DNA of 64,000 nt, taken from positions 32,494-96,493 of the forward strand of contig JBIIPZ010000006.1 in assembly GCA_044342325.1 (NCBI GenBank), in the 5' to 3' direction. The position numbers were made by a program, and so were the translations under genes. The stretch's first letter is position 1, and each line of letters starts with the position of its first letter. This stretch comes from Terrimicrobiaceae bacterium. GTDB lineage: Bacteria; Verrucomicrobiota; Verrucomicrobiia; Chthoniobacterales; Terrimicrobiaceae. The notes beneath the pieces were generated by a model, which was not told where the DNA came from, did no database searches, and worked only from the letters and a program-made list of their open reading frames with translations. This document shows, in pieces, positions 48,294-58,123 of this stretch.

Positions 48294-49205
48294 TTAGTCT
48301 TTGGTGTCGGTGGTGGTATCTTCTTCCTCGCTCTCGCTCTCGCCTTCTTCACCCAGCCCGAAGAGGGAGGTGACGGGTTGACGAACGCGCGTGAGGCGGT
48401 TGGTTTTCTCCAGCTCGGCCTGGCACTCGACGGTGTAACGGGCGAATGGAAGTGCTTCGAGGCGGTTGTGGGGAATCGGCTTGCCGGAAATCTCGCAGAA
48501 GCCGTAATTGCCGTCGTTGATTTTTTTCAATGCGGCATCAATCTCGAAAAGGGAATCGCGTTCTTGGGAAAGGAGGCTGAGCGCGAAATCGCGGTCATAG
48601 GCATCGCTACCGGCATCTGCTGTGTGCATGCCGAAAGCAGAGGCTTCGCCACCCTCGGCGCGATTGCGGAGAGAGTCACGTCCCACGCCGCTCATGGAAT
48701 CAAGAAGCGTGTCCTTGAGTTGGAGGAGGCGGTCGCGTTGCTTGGCAACCCAGCCAGTGACTTTGACGGGCTCTTTGCCTTTCTTGATCACGACGACAGG
48801 CATTTTCTGTGCCTTCACCGGAGCGGTTTTTTTAACAGGCGCTGCTTTTTTGACAGGGGCCGCCTTTTGAATTGGAGCGGCTTTTTTGACGGGAGCAGAT
48901 TTGTTGGCAGGAGCGGCCTTCTTAATAGGAGCCGCTTTTTTCGCTGGTGCAGATTTCTTCACCGGCGCGGTTTTTTTCGCAACAGTTACAGCTTTTTTAG
49001 GAGCTGGCTTTTTTGAAATGGGAGCGGCCTTTTTCGCAGGAGCTGCTTTTTTAAGAATAGCAGAAGGCTTTTTGGAGGGAGCTGGCTTTTTGGAAGCAGG
49101 CTTGACCTTGGCTTGCGGCTTGGCCTTGGCGACAGGCTTCTTTGCAGGAGCCGCCTTTTTTACAACAGGCTTTGCCTTGGCAGGTTTTTTGGATTTTTGA
49201 GCCAT
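48294..49205 (-). CDS. dksA: DksA/TraR family regulator with histone H1-like N-terminal extension
   Basis: About 140 aa of KKAAP repeats, then [51 protein letters not shown]. Confidence 0.85.
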   Translation of the reverse strand: MAQKSKKPAKAKPVVKKAAPAKKPVAKAKPQAKVKPASKKPAPSKKPSAILKKAAPAKKAAPISKKPAPKKAVTVAKKTAPVKKSAPAKKAAPIKKAAPANKSAPVKKAAPIQKAAPVKKAAPVKKTAPVKAQKMPVVVIKKGKEPVKVTGWVAKQRDRLLQLKDTLLDSMSGVGRDSLRNRAEGGEASAFGMHTADAGSDAYDRDFALSLLSQERDSLFEIDAALKKINDGNYGFCEISGKPIPHNRLEALPFARYTVECQAELEKTNRLTRVRQPVTSLFGLGEEGESESEEEDTTTDTKD

Positions 49206-49467
49206 GGACGATTAATTTAGTGAAAGGGGCGAGATAAGTAGCGCAGACACTCGTGCGGGGCAAGGGATTTATTAAAAGAAAAAAATACCGCCCTTTCTGG
49301 GATCGTTCATCATGGGCAGCTCTTGATGAAAAGCGGCCACCGCATTCATGCGATCCAACAGCCAATAGTCCTTCGCATCGACGTTACTTAAACTTCTTTA
49401 AAATGCAGCCGCGAGATTTGGATTGAAACCGAGCGCCTGCCATGGCTTGTTAAGCGCGATCCCATTT

Positions 49468-49875
49468 ATGAAAAAATCTTCCGTAATCGTGCTTGGCTCC
49501 GCCTTGGCCGTATTGGTTCTCGCAGCATGTGAATCGCAACGACCAGTCCGCAAAACCGGAACAGGCCGCTTTGGCTACCAAGGCACAGGCACTGCCTCCA
49601 CGCAATTCATCACACCAACGCCCACGCCGGAAGGTTACACCGAGATGCCGCCTGCCGTGGATCCGAACGCCACACCGACTCCCGCCCCCACGCCGACTCC
49701 TCCCCCTGAGCCCGTGGCCTCGCGCGATCTCTCTTACGGAACCCCAGTTCCTGGGAAACCCGGATTCGTCACGAGTCCCCACTCGCCCTATGCTGGCTAT
49801 GTGGATGTGCGCGGATTCCCTCCAGGCACTGAGGTGAAATGCCCCTACTCGGGCAAGATCTTTCTGGTGCCCTGA
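49468..49875 (+). CDS. Hypothetical lipoprotein with Pro/Thr linker and small C-terminal domain
   Basis: Lipobox LAAC; PTPT repeats; C-terminal [12 protein letters not shown]...[24 protein letters not shown]. Confidence 0.75.
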   Translation: MKKSSVIVLGSALAVLVLAACESQRPVRKTGTGRFGYQGTGTASTQFITPTPTPEGYTEMPPAVDPNATPTPAPTPTPPPEPVASRDLSYGTPVPGKPGFVTSPHSPYAGYVDVRGFPPGTEVKCPYSGKIFLVP

Positions 49876-50720
49876 ACCGGCGCGTCACCATCCTTGGCCC
49901 TGGCCTCATCGGCGGCTCGCTCGCGATGGCGCTGCGGAGGTCGGGTCATTTTCGGGATATTTCCATCTGGGCTCGCCGCGAGGAGGCTGCACTAGAGGCG
50001 GCTTCCCTCCTTCCCGACTGCCGCGTTTCGCATGACCTAGCATCGGCCGTTGCGGATTCCGAGATAGCTGTCCTTTGCCTATCGCCCCATGCCATCGAAG
50101 CGATCGGGCCCGAGCTAGTCAAACACCTGCCCAAGGAAGCCGTCGTAACCGATGCGGGCAGCGTGAAAGGCAAGATCGTGGCCCAGCTCCAGGCGGTCTT
50201 CGGTGGACGCTTCATCGGAGCGCATCCTATGGCAGGCTCCGAACAGAGCGGCATTCGCGCTGCCCGCGAGACTTTATATGATGGCGCGGTTTGCATTCTC
50301 ACTCCCACGCCGCTCACCGATCCATCGGCGAGAAATCTGGCTGCCGAGTTGTGGACCACGGCAGGCTGCACGCTTCAGGAAATGTCTCCCGAGGCCCACG
50401 ACCGCGCCATGGCGCGCATCAGCCACCTTCCCCACGCCGCCGCCGCTGCCCTCGTTCACGCCGCGCTGGGAGCGGATCCGTCGCTTGTCCGCCTTGCCGG
50501 CGGGGGCTATCGCGACTCGACCCGCATCGCGGGAGGGCCCGAAGGTCTCTGGGCAGAAATTTTCCTCGATAACAGTGCCGAGGTTTTAAACGGAATCCAT
50601 GACTTGCAAACCGCGCTCGAGACGCTGAAACTCGGCCTCGAAAGCGGCAACCGGAGCGCCGTGGAGGCGTTTCTTGCAGATGCCCGAACTCTGCGGGCCA
50701 GCCAGCCACAAGCCACATGA
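49839..50720 (+). CDS. tyrA: Prephenate/arogenate dehydrogenase
   Basis: [23 protein letters not shown]...ISHLPH; start uncertain (ATG 49839 or CTG 49872). Confidence 0.9.
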   Translation: MPLLGQDLSGALNRRVTILGPGLIGGSLAMALRRSGHFRDISIWARREEAALEAASLLPDCRVSHDLASAVADSEIAVLCLSPHAIEAIGPELVKHLPKEAVVTDAGSVKGKIVAQLQAVFGGRFIGAHPMAGSEQSGIRAARETLYDGAVCILTPTPLTDPSARNLAAELWTTAGCTLQEMSPEAHDRAMARISHLPHAAAAALVHAALGADPSLVRLAGGGYRDSTRIAGGPEGLWAEIFLDNSAEVLNGIHDLQTALETLKLGLESGNRSAVEAFLADARTLRASQPQAT

Positions 50721-52150
50721 AGGCAAACAAGGACACTTACTCTCTCTCATCCCGCCGCGCGGCACTCATCGACACCGAAATCGCTGTTCCGCCTGACAAA
50801 AGCATCTCCCACCGCGCTGTCATGCTCGCTGCCCTCTCGAACGGCACTTGCGTGATCCGCAATTTCCTCGAGGGCGAGGATTGCCGCAGCACCGCTGCTG
50901 CCATGCGTCAGCTCGGAGTTTTCATCGAAGCCCCGGAGCCTGGCACACTCATCGTGGAAGGCGTGTCCGGTCGTTTCGCCAAGCCGTTCGGCGATATCGA
51001 CTGCGGCAACTCCGGCACCACGATGCGCCTCATGTCCGGCATCCTCGCCGCGCAGAATTTCACCTCCCGCCTCACCGGCGATCCGTCCCTGTCTAAGCGT
51101 CCGATGCAGCGTGTCATTGATCCGCTGCGCTTGATGGGGGCAAATCTCCACGCGGAGGGCGAAAAATCCTGCCCGCCGCTTGTGGTCGAGGGCCATGGCA
51201 ATCTGGAAGGCATCACCTACCGCACACCGGTCGCCAGCGCGCAGGTCAAAAGCGCGATCCTGCTCGCCGGACTCTTTGCCAAAGGCTCCACCACGGTGAT
51301 CGAGAATGTCCGCTCCCGTGACCATACCGAGAGGATGTTCGATTACTTTCTCATCAAATCGAAACGCGAGGAGGTCTGGGAAAACAAAAACTCCCCGAAA
51401 GACCGCCGCCTCGTCGAAATCCGCACGACCGTGGAAGGCGGTCAAGTGCCGGAGTCGATGAATTTCACCGTTCCCGGAGACATCTCCAGCGCCGCATTCT
51501 GGCTGGTCGCCTCCGCCGCGCAACCAGGCTCCCGCCTGCTGGTGAAGGATGTCGGCCTGAATCCCACCCGCACCGGCATCATTGATGTCCTCGTTCGCAT
51601 GGGAGCGCGCATTCGCGAAGTCATCGAAACCTCCCTCAGCGGCGAGCCGGTGGGCAATATCGACATCAAGGGCACTACACTCCGTGCCACGACAATCGCG
51701 GGAGCGGAAATCCCGAATGTAATTGATGAAATCCCCATCCTTGCCGTGGCAGCCGCGCTGGCGCAGGGCACGACGGTGATCCGGGATGCCGCTGAGTTGC
51801 GCGTGAAGGAGACCGACCGCATTGCCGCTGTCGCTGCGAATCTGCGCGCGATGGGTGTGCAGGTGGAGGAATTTCCCGACGGCATGGCGATCACAGGCGG
51901 CAGCACGCTGAAGGGCGCGCGCCTGCCTTGCCACCATGACCACCGCATCGCCATGGCCTTCGCGGTAGCCGGGCTTTTTGCGGAGGGCGAAACAATTATC
52001 GAAGATACCGCGTGCGTGAACACCTCCTACCCCGGCTTTGCGGAGGCTCTCTTGCATATTCAAAAAGGCGGTCGCATTAAAAATCGCACCGAAGTCCTCT
52101 CCGGCCTGAAAGGCAGCGGCTCACCTGCGGTGAGAAATTCCGCATCATGA
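50717..52150 (+). CDS. aroA: EPSP synthase (class II)
   Basis: DKSISHR, CGNSGTTMR, SAQVKSA, RDHTE, RVKETDR, DHRIAM. Confidence 0.97.
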   Translation: MKANKDTYSLSSRRAALIDTEIAVPPDKSISHRAVMLAALSNGTCVIRNFLEGEDCRSTAAAMRQLGVFIEAPEPGTLIVEGVSGRFAKPFGDIDCGNSGTTMRLMSGILAAQNFTSRLTGDPSLSKRPMQRVIDPLRLMGANLHAEGEKSCPPLVVEGHGNLEGITYRTPVASAQVKSAILLAGLFAKGSTTVIENVRSRDHTERMFDYFLIKSKREEVWENKNSPKDRRLVEIRTTVEGGQVPESMNFTVPGDISSAAFWLVASAAQPGSRLLVKDVGLNPTRTGIIDVLVRMGARIREVIETSLSGEPVGNIDIKGTTLRATTIAGAEIPNVIDEIPILAVAAALAQGTTVIRDAAELRVKETDRIAAVAANLRAMGVQVEEFPDGMAITGGSTLKGARLPCHHDHRIAMAFAVAGLFAEGETIIEDTACVNTSYPGFAEALLHIQKGGRIKNRTEVLSGLKGSGSPAVRNSAS

Positions 52151-52791
52151 CCGTCATCGCCATCGATGGTCCGGCGGCTTCGGGCAAAAGCAGCGTGGCA
52201 ACTCGGCTTGCACGGCGCCTCGGCTTCGCCCATGTGAATTCCGGCGCCATGTATCGCGCTGTGACTTGGGAAATTCTCCGCCAGCAGATCGACGCATCCC
52301 ACCCTGAAAGCATCGAGGCCGCCGTGCATCGCATGTCGGTGGACTCCGGATTCACGGAAGCGGGCGAATCGTTCATTCGCATCAATTCCGAAATGCCCGA
52401 TCTGGAGCTTCAGACGCTTGAGGTGAACCAGAATGTGTCACCGGTTGCCGCCGTGCCCGCTGTCAGGCAACTCGTCAATGCACAGCTTCGGACGCTGGCA
52501 GAGAAACGCCCGATCGTAAGCGAAGGCCGAGATATCGGCTCAGTGGTCTTCCCGGATACGCCCCATAAATTCTACCTCGACGCCTCGCCCGAGGTCCGCC
52601 GCCAGCGCAGGGCTGCGCAGGGACTGAACGACAGCATCGAGAAACGCGACAAACTCGACTCCAGCCGGGCCAACGCTCCGCTCAAAATCGCATCAGGCGC
52701 CCATCTCATCGACACCTCGCACCTCACACTCGAAGGCGTGGTGGACAAAGTGGCGGAAATTCTCTCAAAATCCGGAATCCGTCCGGCATGA
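52147..52791 (+). CDS. cmk: Cytidylate kinase
   Basis: IAIDGPAASGKS, SGAMYRA, EGRDIGSVVFP. Confidence 0.95.
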   Translation: MTVIAIDGPAASGKSSVATRLARRLGFAHVNSGAMYRAVTWEILRQQIDASHPESIEAAVHRMSVDSGFTEAGESFIRINSEMPDLELQTLEVNQNVSPVAAVPAVRQLVNAQLRTLAEKRPIVSEGRDIGSVVFPDTPHKFYLDASPEVRRQRRAAQGLNDSIEKRDKLDSSRANAPLKIASGAHLIDTSHLTLEGVVDKVAEILSKSGIRPA

Positions 52792-53402
52792 CGATCGTCT
52801 ATAACATCTTTTACAACTTGGCGAAGCTCCTAGCCCGCATGATTTTTTCCATGCGTGTCATCCACCCGGAGCGAATGGTGGAGTCCGGCCCGCTCCTCAT
52901 CGCGGTGAACCACTCCAGTTTCTTCGATCCACCGCTGGCGGGCATTTGTAGCAGGCGGGGAGTTTATTATCTCGCCCGCAAAACTCTTCTGAAATGGCCG
53001 TTCTTCGGTCCGCTTTTCCCCGCGATGAATGTCATCCCCGTGGAGCGCGATGGAAACGACATGTCCGCTCTGCGCGAGGTCATCAAAAAAGTGAAGGATG
53101 GCAACGCCGTGCTCCTCTTTCCCGAGGGCACACGCTCGGTCGATGGCCACCTCCAGCCAGCCCGCGCGGGCATCGGATTGGTCATAGCAAAAACCGGCGC
53201 CCCTGTGCTGCCAATGCGCATCTTCGGCGCCTACGAAGCGTTTCCGAAAAATGCCCACCGCTTCCAGCTTTCCCAGATCACGGTGGTCATCGGTGAGCCG
53301 ATCTTTTTCACGGCAGAGGAAATCTCAAACACCTCGCGCGAGACCTATCAACTGCTCAGCAACCGCGTCATGGAAGCCATCGGCGCTTTGAAACTCCCAT
53401 GA
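52788..53402 (+). CDS. plsC: 1-acyl-sn-glycerol-3-phosphate acyltransferase
   Basis: NHSSFFD (HX4D), FPEGTRS. Confidence 0.92.
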   Translation: MTIVYNIFYNLAKLLARMIFSMRVIHPERMVESGPLLIAVNHSSFFDPPLAGICSRRGVYYLARKTLLKWPFFGPLFPAMNVIPVERDGNDMSALREVIKKVKDGNAVLLFPEGTRSVDGHLQPARAGIGLVIAKTGAPVLPMRIFGAYEAFPKNAHRFQLSQITVVIGEPIFFTAEEISNTSRETYQLLSNRVMEAIGALKLP

Positions 53403-53551
53403 TTTCCACCGACCGTGCCGCCTCGCCTCTCCCATGGCTCGCAGCAGCTGTGGTGTTCCTCTACATCGCCCTGCTTGTCTTGCGATTCACGCTGCCGCCC
53501 GCAAAAGTTGATGTCGAGGTGCTCGCTCGAGCGGCTGCTTCAGCTAATTGA
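53399..53551 (+). CDS. Small (50 aa) single-pass membrane protein, not in ORF track
   Basis: ATGA overlap with the plsC stop; MISTDRAASPLPWLAAAVVFLYIALLVLRFTLPPAKVDVEVLARAAASAN; fills the gap up to the next promoter. Confidence 0.5.
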   Translation: MISTDRAASPLPWLAAAVVFLYIALLVLRFTLPPAKVDVEVLARAAASAN

Positions 53552-53585
53552 TTGAATAAGACGCCTGCCGAAGTAATTTCACTCG

Positions 53586-54110
53586 ATGTTCAAGGAGCAT
53601 GATTTCCAATACGCGATGGAGAATACCCGCGTGGTCGTGACGCCACAAAGCGCCATCGAAACCTTCGGCACCACGCGCTTCCATTTTTCGCTTGTCACCG
53701 AGCCGCTCGACGAGGTGGAGACGGTGCGCATCCGCTCCGGCACGATCGAAGCCGAGCGACCACGCATTCTTTCGCCCACGCATTTCAGCAAGGTCCTACT
53801 CGAGGGATTTGGTGAGGAGGCGAGGGACTTCGCGGATTGGCTGGAGGCGAATCCCTCGGCCGCCCGCGTTCTGCGGTATGGATTTCAATTCCGCAAAACC
53901 GACCTCTCCGAGAAACTTGTTCGCGAGCCATTCGACGATGCGATCGCCCGCATGGAAGAGGAGATGAAAAAAGGTGACGATCCCTTCCGAGCCCTCATCG
54001 CAGGTGTGGACGATGTCTGGGAGGTTTGCTTGCTCAAGTTTTCGATGGAAATGATCCAGCGCTCAGCAGGCGAAAATGTCGCGGAATGGAAACGCCGCGG
54101 CCTCGCCTGA
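53586..54110 (+). CDS. Conserved hypothetical protein
   Basis: 174-aa ORF with genome-like codon usage and an upstream promoter-like TTGAAT-N16-TAATTT. Confidence 0.75.
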   Translation: MFKEHDFQYAMENTRVVVTPQSAIETFGTTRFHFSLVTEPLDEVETVRIRSGTIEAERPRILSPTHFSKVLLEGFGEEARDFADWLEANPSAARVLRYGFQFRKTDLSEKLVREPFDDAIARMEEEMKKGDDPFRALIAGVDDVWEVCLLKFSMEMIQRSAGENVAEWKRRGLA

Positions 54111-54161
54111 TTTCGGGGTTTTCATTTCCAGAGCGCAGCGGATAGCATTTCCAGACGAATC

Positions 54162-55007
54162 ATGTTCATCAAAGCACTCACGATTTTGTTTCTCGTCGCC
54201 GGCATTCTGGGCGGCAGCGGATACTTCATTTACGAACTCTACTACAAAGAGAAAAAACTCGATATCGTCGAGCAGGCAGCCGTCCCGACACCGACTCCAG
54301 CTCCTACTCCCCATCCGGCTTTGGCCGCTTTCGATTCGCTCAAGCCGGTCCTCGCGCAAAACACCGTCGAGGCGCGTGATGCCATCGCAAACCACCTGAG
54401 CACCTTTCCTGACTCTCCCAAAACTGCCGAGGCCCGCACCGCCCTCGGCCGCATCAACCTCGCCCTCTTCCGCGATCCCGCCGCGACTCCTACAAACACT
54501 CTCTACACGGTCAAAAAAGGCGACTCGCTGGACCGCATTAAGTCGCAGTTCAAAACCAACTCTGAGTTGATCTACTGGGCGAATGGAATGACCTCCATAA
54601 ACCTTCAGATCGGCCAGCAATTGCTCATTCCCGTGGTGGACACCGCTCTGGTGATCGACCGCGCCAACTCGACCGTGTCCCTCATGAATGCGGGCGTATT
54701 TTTCAAGGAGTATCCCGCCGTTTCCATGACCCTCGCTGGTCAGGCCTCCAAGGGTGAACTCGAGGCGAAAGTCATCGACCGCATCGCCCGCAAAGGCGAG
54801 GTGCGCGTGGCCTTCGGGGCGAAAGACTACGCCGAAGCGGAACGCACTGTTCTCATCAATCCCGGTAATGTCGTCCTCCGCACCCCGCCCGCTCCGCCAG
54901 CGGATGGATCAACGCCACCGGCTCCGTCCGGCATCGTTCTCACCCCATCGGATTTCGACGAAATCTACGCCCTCGTGAAATCCGGCACACCCGTCAGCAT
55001 CAAATAA
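54162..55007 (+). CDS. LysM peptidoglycan-binding domain protein, membrane-anchored
   Basis: N-terminal TM; YTVKKGDSLDRI...ANG...LQIGQQLLIP LysM; degenerate YkuD-like C-terminus without a catalytic Cys. Confidence 0.85.
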   Translation: MFIKALTILFLVAGILGGSGYFIYELYYKEKKLDIVEQAAVPTPTPAPTPHPALAAFDSLKPVLAQNTVEARDAIANHLSTFPDSPKTAEARTALGRINLALFRDPAATPTNTLYTVKKGDSLDRIKSQFKTNSELIYWANGMTSINLQIGQQLLIPVVDTALVIDRANSTVSLMNAGVFFKEYPAVSMTLAGQASKGELEAKVIDRIARKGEVRVAFGAKDYAEAERTVLINPGNVVLRTPPAPPADGSTPPAPSGIVLTPSDFDEIYALVKSGTPVSIK

Positions 55008-55014
55008 CGCGCCC

Positions 55015-55971
55015 ATGAACAAACAGACCTTGGATTTTGAAAAACCCCTCGTCGAACTGGAACAAAAGATTGAGGAGCTGAAAAAGCAGTCCGAAGACAG
55101 GAATATCGACCTCGGCGGCGAAATTCGAGGCATGCAGAGTAAGTTGGAATCCATGCGAGGCCAGATCTACGGCAACCTCAGCGCCTGGCAGCGCGTTCAG
55201 ATTTCGCGCCATATCGCCCGCCCGTTCTTTTTGGATTATGTGCGGATGGCGTTCACCGACTTTGTCGAACTCAAGGGCGACCGCCTCTTCGGCGATGATG
55301 CCTCCATGCCCGGCGGTCTGGCTTCGATTGATGGCGTCCGCTGCGTAGTGATCGGCCAGCAGAAGGGGCGCGATATGAAGGAAAATCTGCATCGCAACTT
55401 CGGCAGTCCGCACCCCGAAGGCTACCGCAAGGCCCTTCGCCTCATGCGGCTCGCGGAAAAATTTGGCCTTCCCGTCGTGGCCCTCATCGACACTCCAGGC
55501 GCATATCCTGGCGTGGGTGCGGAGGAGCGGCACATCGCCGAGGCGATCGCTGTGAACATCCGCGACATGATGACTCTCCGCACGCCCGTCGTCTCCGTCG
55601 TGATCGGCGAGGGTGGCTCCGGCGGAGCTCTCGGCATCGGAGTCGCCGACCGCGTCCTCATTCTTGAAAATGCCTACTACTCTGTGATCAGTCCCGAGGG
55701 CTGCGCTGCCATCCTCTGGAAACACCGCAAGCACGCTCCCGAAGCGGCCGAGGCTCTCAAGCTCAGCTCGCCCGACCTACTCCAAATGGGCCTCGTCGAC
55801 GGAGTCATTCCCGAACCCGCAGGCGGCGCGCATTGCGACCCCGCCCAGGCTGCTGAAAACCTCAAATCCGCGATCTCCAAAGAACTCCAGACGCTGCTCA
55901 AAACTCCGGTCGAAAAACTCCTGCGCGCACGCTACGACAAATTCCGCAAGATGGGTGTCTTCGAGGAGTAA
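55015..55971 (+). CDS. accA: Acetyl-CoA carboxylase carboxyltransferase alpha subunit
   Basis: LDFEKP, PEGYRKALR, DTPGAYPG, GEGGSGGAL, VISPEGCA. Confidence 0.97.
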   Translation: MNKQTLDFEKPLVELEQKIEELKKQSEDRNIDLGGEIRGMQSKLESMRGQIYGNLSAWQRVQISRHIARPFFLDYVRMAFTDFVELKGDRLFGDDASMPGGLASIDGVRCVVIGQQKGRDMKENLHRNFGSPHPEGYRKALRLMRLAEKFGLPVVALIDTPGAYPGVGAEERHIAEAIAVNIRDMMTLRTPVVSVVIGEGGSGGALGIGVADRVLILENAYYSVISPEGCAAILWKHRKHAPEAAEALKLSSPDLLQMGLVDGVIPEPAGGAHCDPAQAAENLKSAISKELQTLLKTPVEKLLRARYDKFRKMGVFEE

Positions 55972-55989
55972 ACGCCCGACCGCCGCCTG

Positions 55990-57099
55990 ATGAAAATCAT
56001 CGATCGCCATGTCGCCACCGGCATCCTTGTCACGGCGGGGCTTGGCGTCCTGATTCTCAGTCTGGTCTTGGTTCTCGGAAATATCTTCCGCGAGTTGTTG
56101 AACATCCTCGTGAACAACCCGGATGTTCCGATCCTGACCGTCCTTGGCTTCATGGCTCTGGTATTGCCATTTTCCCTCACCTTTACGATCCCATGGGGGT
56201 TTCTCACTGCGATTCTTTTGGTATTCGGCCGCATGTCCGCCGACAGCGAGTTGATCGCGCTCAAATCCAATGGCGTGAGCATTCCCCGCGTGAGCGCCCC
56301 GGTTTTTGTGATCGCCGTCGCTCTGACCCTCCTGTGTTTCTGGATCAATATCGAGGTCGCTCCACGCGCCGAGCAGGCGATGACGCGCGCCGTGGTGGAT
56401 ATGGCCACAAGCAACCCCTCCGCGCTTTTCAGGGCCGACGAGGTGGTGGATGCCTTTCCCGACCGCCGCGTTTATGTGGGCGGAAAAGACGGCGACCAAC
56501 TCCGAAACATTCTGGTTTTCGAACTCAATGAGGACTCGCGCGTGTCCAAAATGATTTTTGCCAAGGAAGGGGCGCTTACTCCCGATACGGCCAACTCGCG
56601 ACTGCTTTTCAAATTGTTCGATGCGCGTTTCGAACAGCGCGATGCGAAAGCCAGCGAGGACTTCTCAAAAATCCACCAAGGCATCGTGATGAAAGAGGGC
56701 GTGTTCCCCCTCGCCCTCGACAAGTTTTTTCAGGAATTCCAAAGTAACCGCCGCCTCAGTTCCTACACGCTTCTGGAGCTCTACTCGGCCTACACACAAG
56801 CCGAGGGCAAGAAACGCCAAGAGATGCTCGTGGAACTCAACAAGCGTTTCTCAACCTCACTCTCCTGCATCGCCTTCGCCCTTATCGCAATTCCGTTGGG
56901 CATCACGACCCACCGCAAGGAAACCTCCGTGGGCTTCGCTCTCAGTCTCATCGTGGCCTTCAGCTACTTCTTTTTCATCCTCATGGCGGATACCTTCCGG
57001 GGCAGCCCAGCTGCATTCCCTCATTTCCTGATCTGGATTCCGAATTTTGCCTTCTTTGGCCTTGGGCTCTGGCTTTTCACCCGCCTCGCGAAACGCTGA
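55990..57099 (+). CDS. lptF: LPS export permease LptF/LptG family
   Basis: IIDRH start, GRMSADSELIALKSNGVS, TM helices flanking a periplasmic beta domain, WIPN. Confidence 0.85.
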   Translation: MKIIDRHVATGILVTAGLGVLILSLVLVLGNIFRELLNILVNNPDVPILTVLGFMALVLPFSLTFTIPWGFLTAILLVFGRMSADSELIALKSNGVSIPRVSAPVFVIAVALTLLCFWINIEVAPRAEQAMTRAVVDMATSNPSALFRADEVVDAFPDRRVYVGGKDGDQLRNILVFELNEDSRVSKMIFAKEGALTPDTANSRLLFKLFDARFEQRDAKASEDFSKIHQGIVMKEGVFPLALDKFFQEFQSNRRLSSYTLLELYSAYTQAEGKKRQEMLVELNKRFSTSLSCIAFALIAIPLGITTHRKETSVGFALSLIVAFSYFFFILMADTFRGSPAAFPHFLIWIPNFAFFGLGLWLFTRLAKR

Positions 57100-57103
57100 T
57101 GTC

Positions 57104-58123
57104 ATGAAATCCCGACTTCTTCCGCGCGCTGCTTTTCTTTTGGTTGTTTTGACCCTCTTCATCATCGGAGGTGTCCTTGCCTTCTTCCAGTCGTGGCGCT
57201 CGGCACGGCTGGTGGACCTGTATTCGGCATCCCAGATTGCCGCCACCAAGAATGGCCCCATCGAGTATGTTCGCCACGGCGACGGTCCGGCGGTGCTTGT
57301 TTTTCATGATGCGCCTGGCGGCTATGACCAAGGCGCGGCGTTGGCCGGGTTTCTTGCAGACGAGGGATTCCAAGTCATCGCCCCCTCCCGTCCGGGCTAC
57401 CTCCGCACGCCGCTGGAGACCGGCATCACTCCAGAGAACCAAGCCGATGCCGCCGCACAACTGCTCGACAGCCTCGAGATCAGCCAAACCTCCGTTCTGG
57501 GATTCGGCTGGGGAGGTCCGGCCGCTTTGGAGTTCGCCCGCCGCTTCCCTCAACGAACCAGCGCCCTCATTTTCGTGGGAGCCGCTGTGGGTCGCTTGAA
57601 TCCTCCCACCGCACCCGCCGTGCCATTCCCGCAGGCCGTCGGCGAGGGGCTGACGGGGGATGTCGGATCTTGGCTCTACGCCCGCCTTGCAGAAAACGAC
57701 CCCGCCGCTGCCCTGCGCGCTGCTTTTTCCATCGCCTCGATCGGGAGCGCTGCGGCCGGCGAGTCATGGTCGGGACTCGTTCTCGACAACCCCGATCAAC
57801 TCGCGCTTTTCCGCGCGCTGGCGCTTTCGCTTTCACCGATTTCCCCACGAGAGATTGGACTTCGAAACGATCTCTTCCAAATCCGCGCCCTGCCGGAAAT
57901 TCCCTTCAAGACCATCACCACCCCGACCCTCCTCATTCACGGCGGGTTGGACAAGGCCATACCTGTCGCGCCGGTGGAGGCTGCCAAGTCGCAGCTGCCG
58001 AATTCCGAACTCCTCCTCTTCCCCGATGATGGACACCTCATTTTCCTCGGCCGGGGATCCTCCATCGCCGAAGAGCGCATTCTCACCTTTTTGAAAAAAC
58101 ACACCCCATCCCATGGCGAATAA
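57104..58123 (+). CDS. Alpha/beta fold hydrolase, possibly catalytically degenerate
   Basis: N-terminal TM; APSRPGYLRT, LIHGGLD, DGH. The nucleophile elbow reads GFGWGG, with Gly in place of Ser. Confidence 0.8.
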   Translation: MKSRLLPRAAFLLVVLTLFIIGGVLAFFQSWRSARLVDLYSASQIAATKNGPIEYVRHGDGPAVLVFHDAPGGYDQGAALAGFLADEGFQVIAPSRPGYLRTPLETGITPENQADAAAQLLDSLEISQTSVLGFGWGGPAALEFARRFPQRTSALIFVGAAVGRLNPPTAPAVPFPQAVGEGLTGDVGSWLYARLAENDPAAALRAAFSIASIGSAAAGESWSGLVLDNPDQLALFRALALSLSPISPREIGLRNDLFQIRALPEIPFKTITTPTLLIHGGLDKAIPVAPVEAAKSQLPNSELLLFPDDGHLIFLGRGSSIAEERILTFLKKHTPSHGE

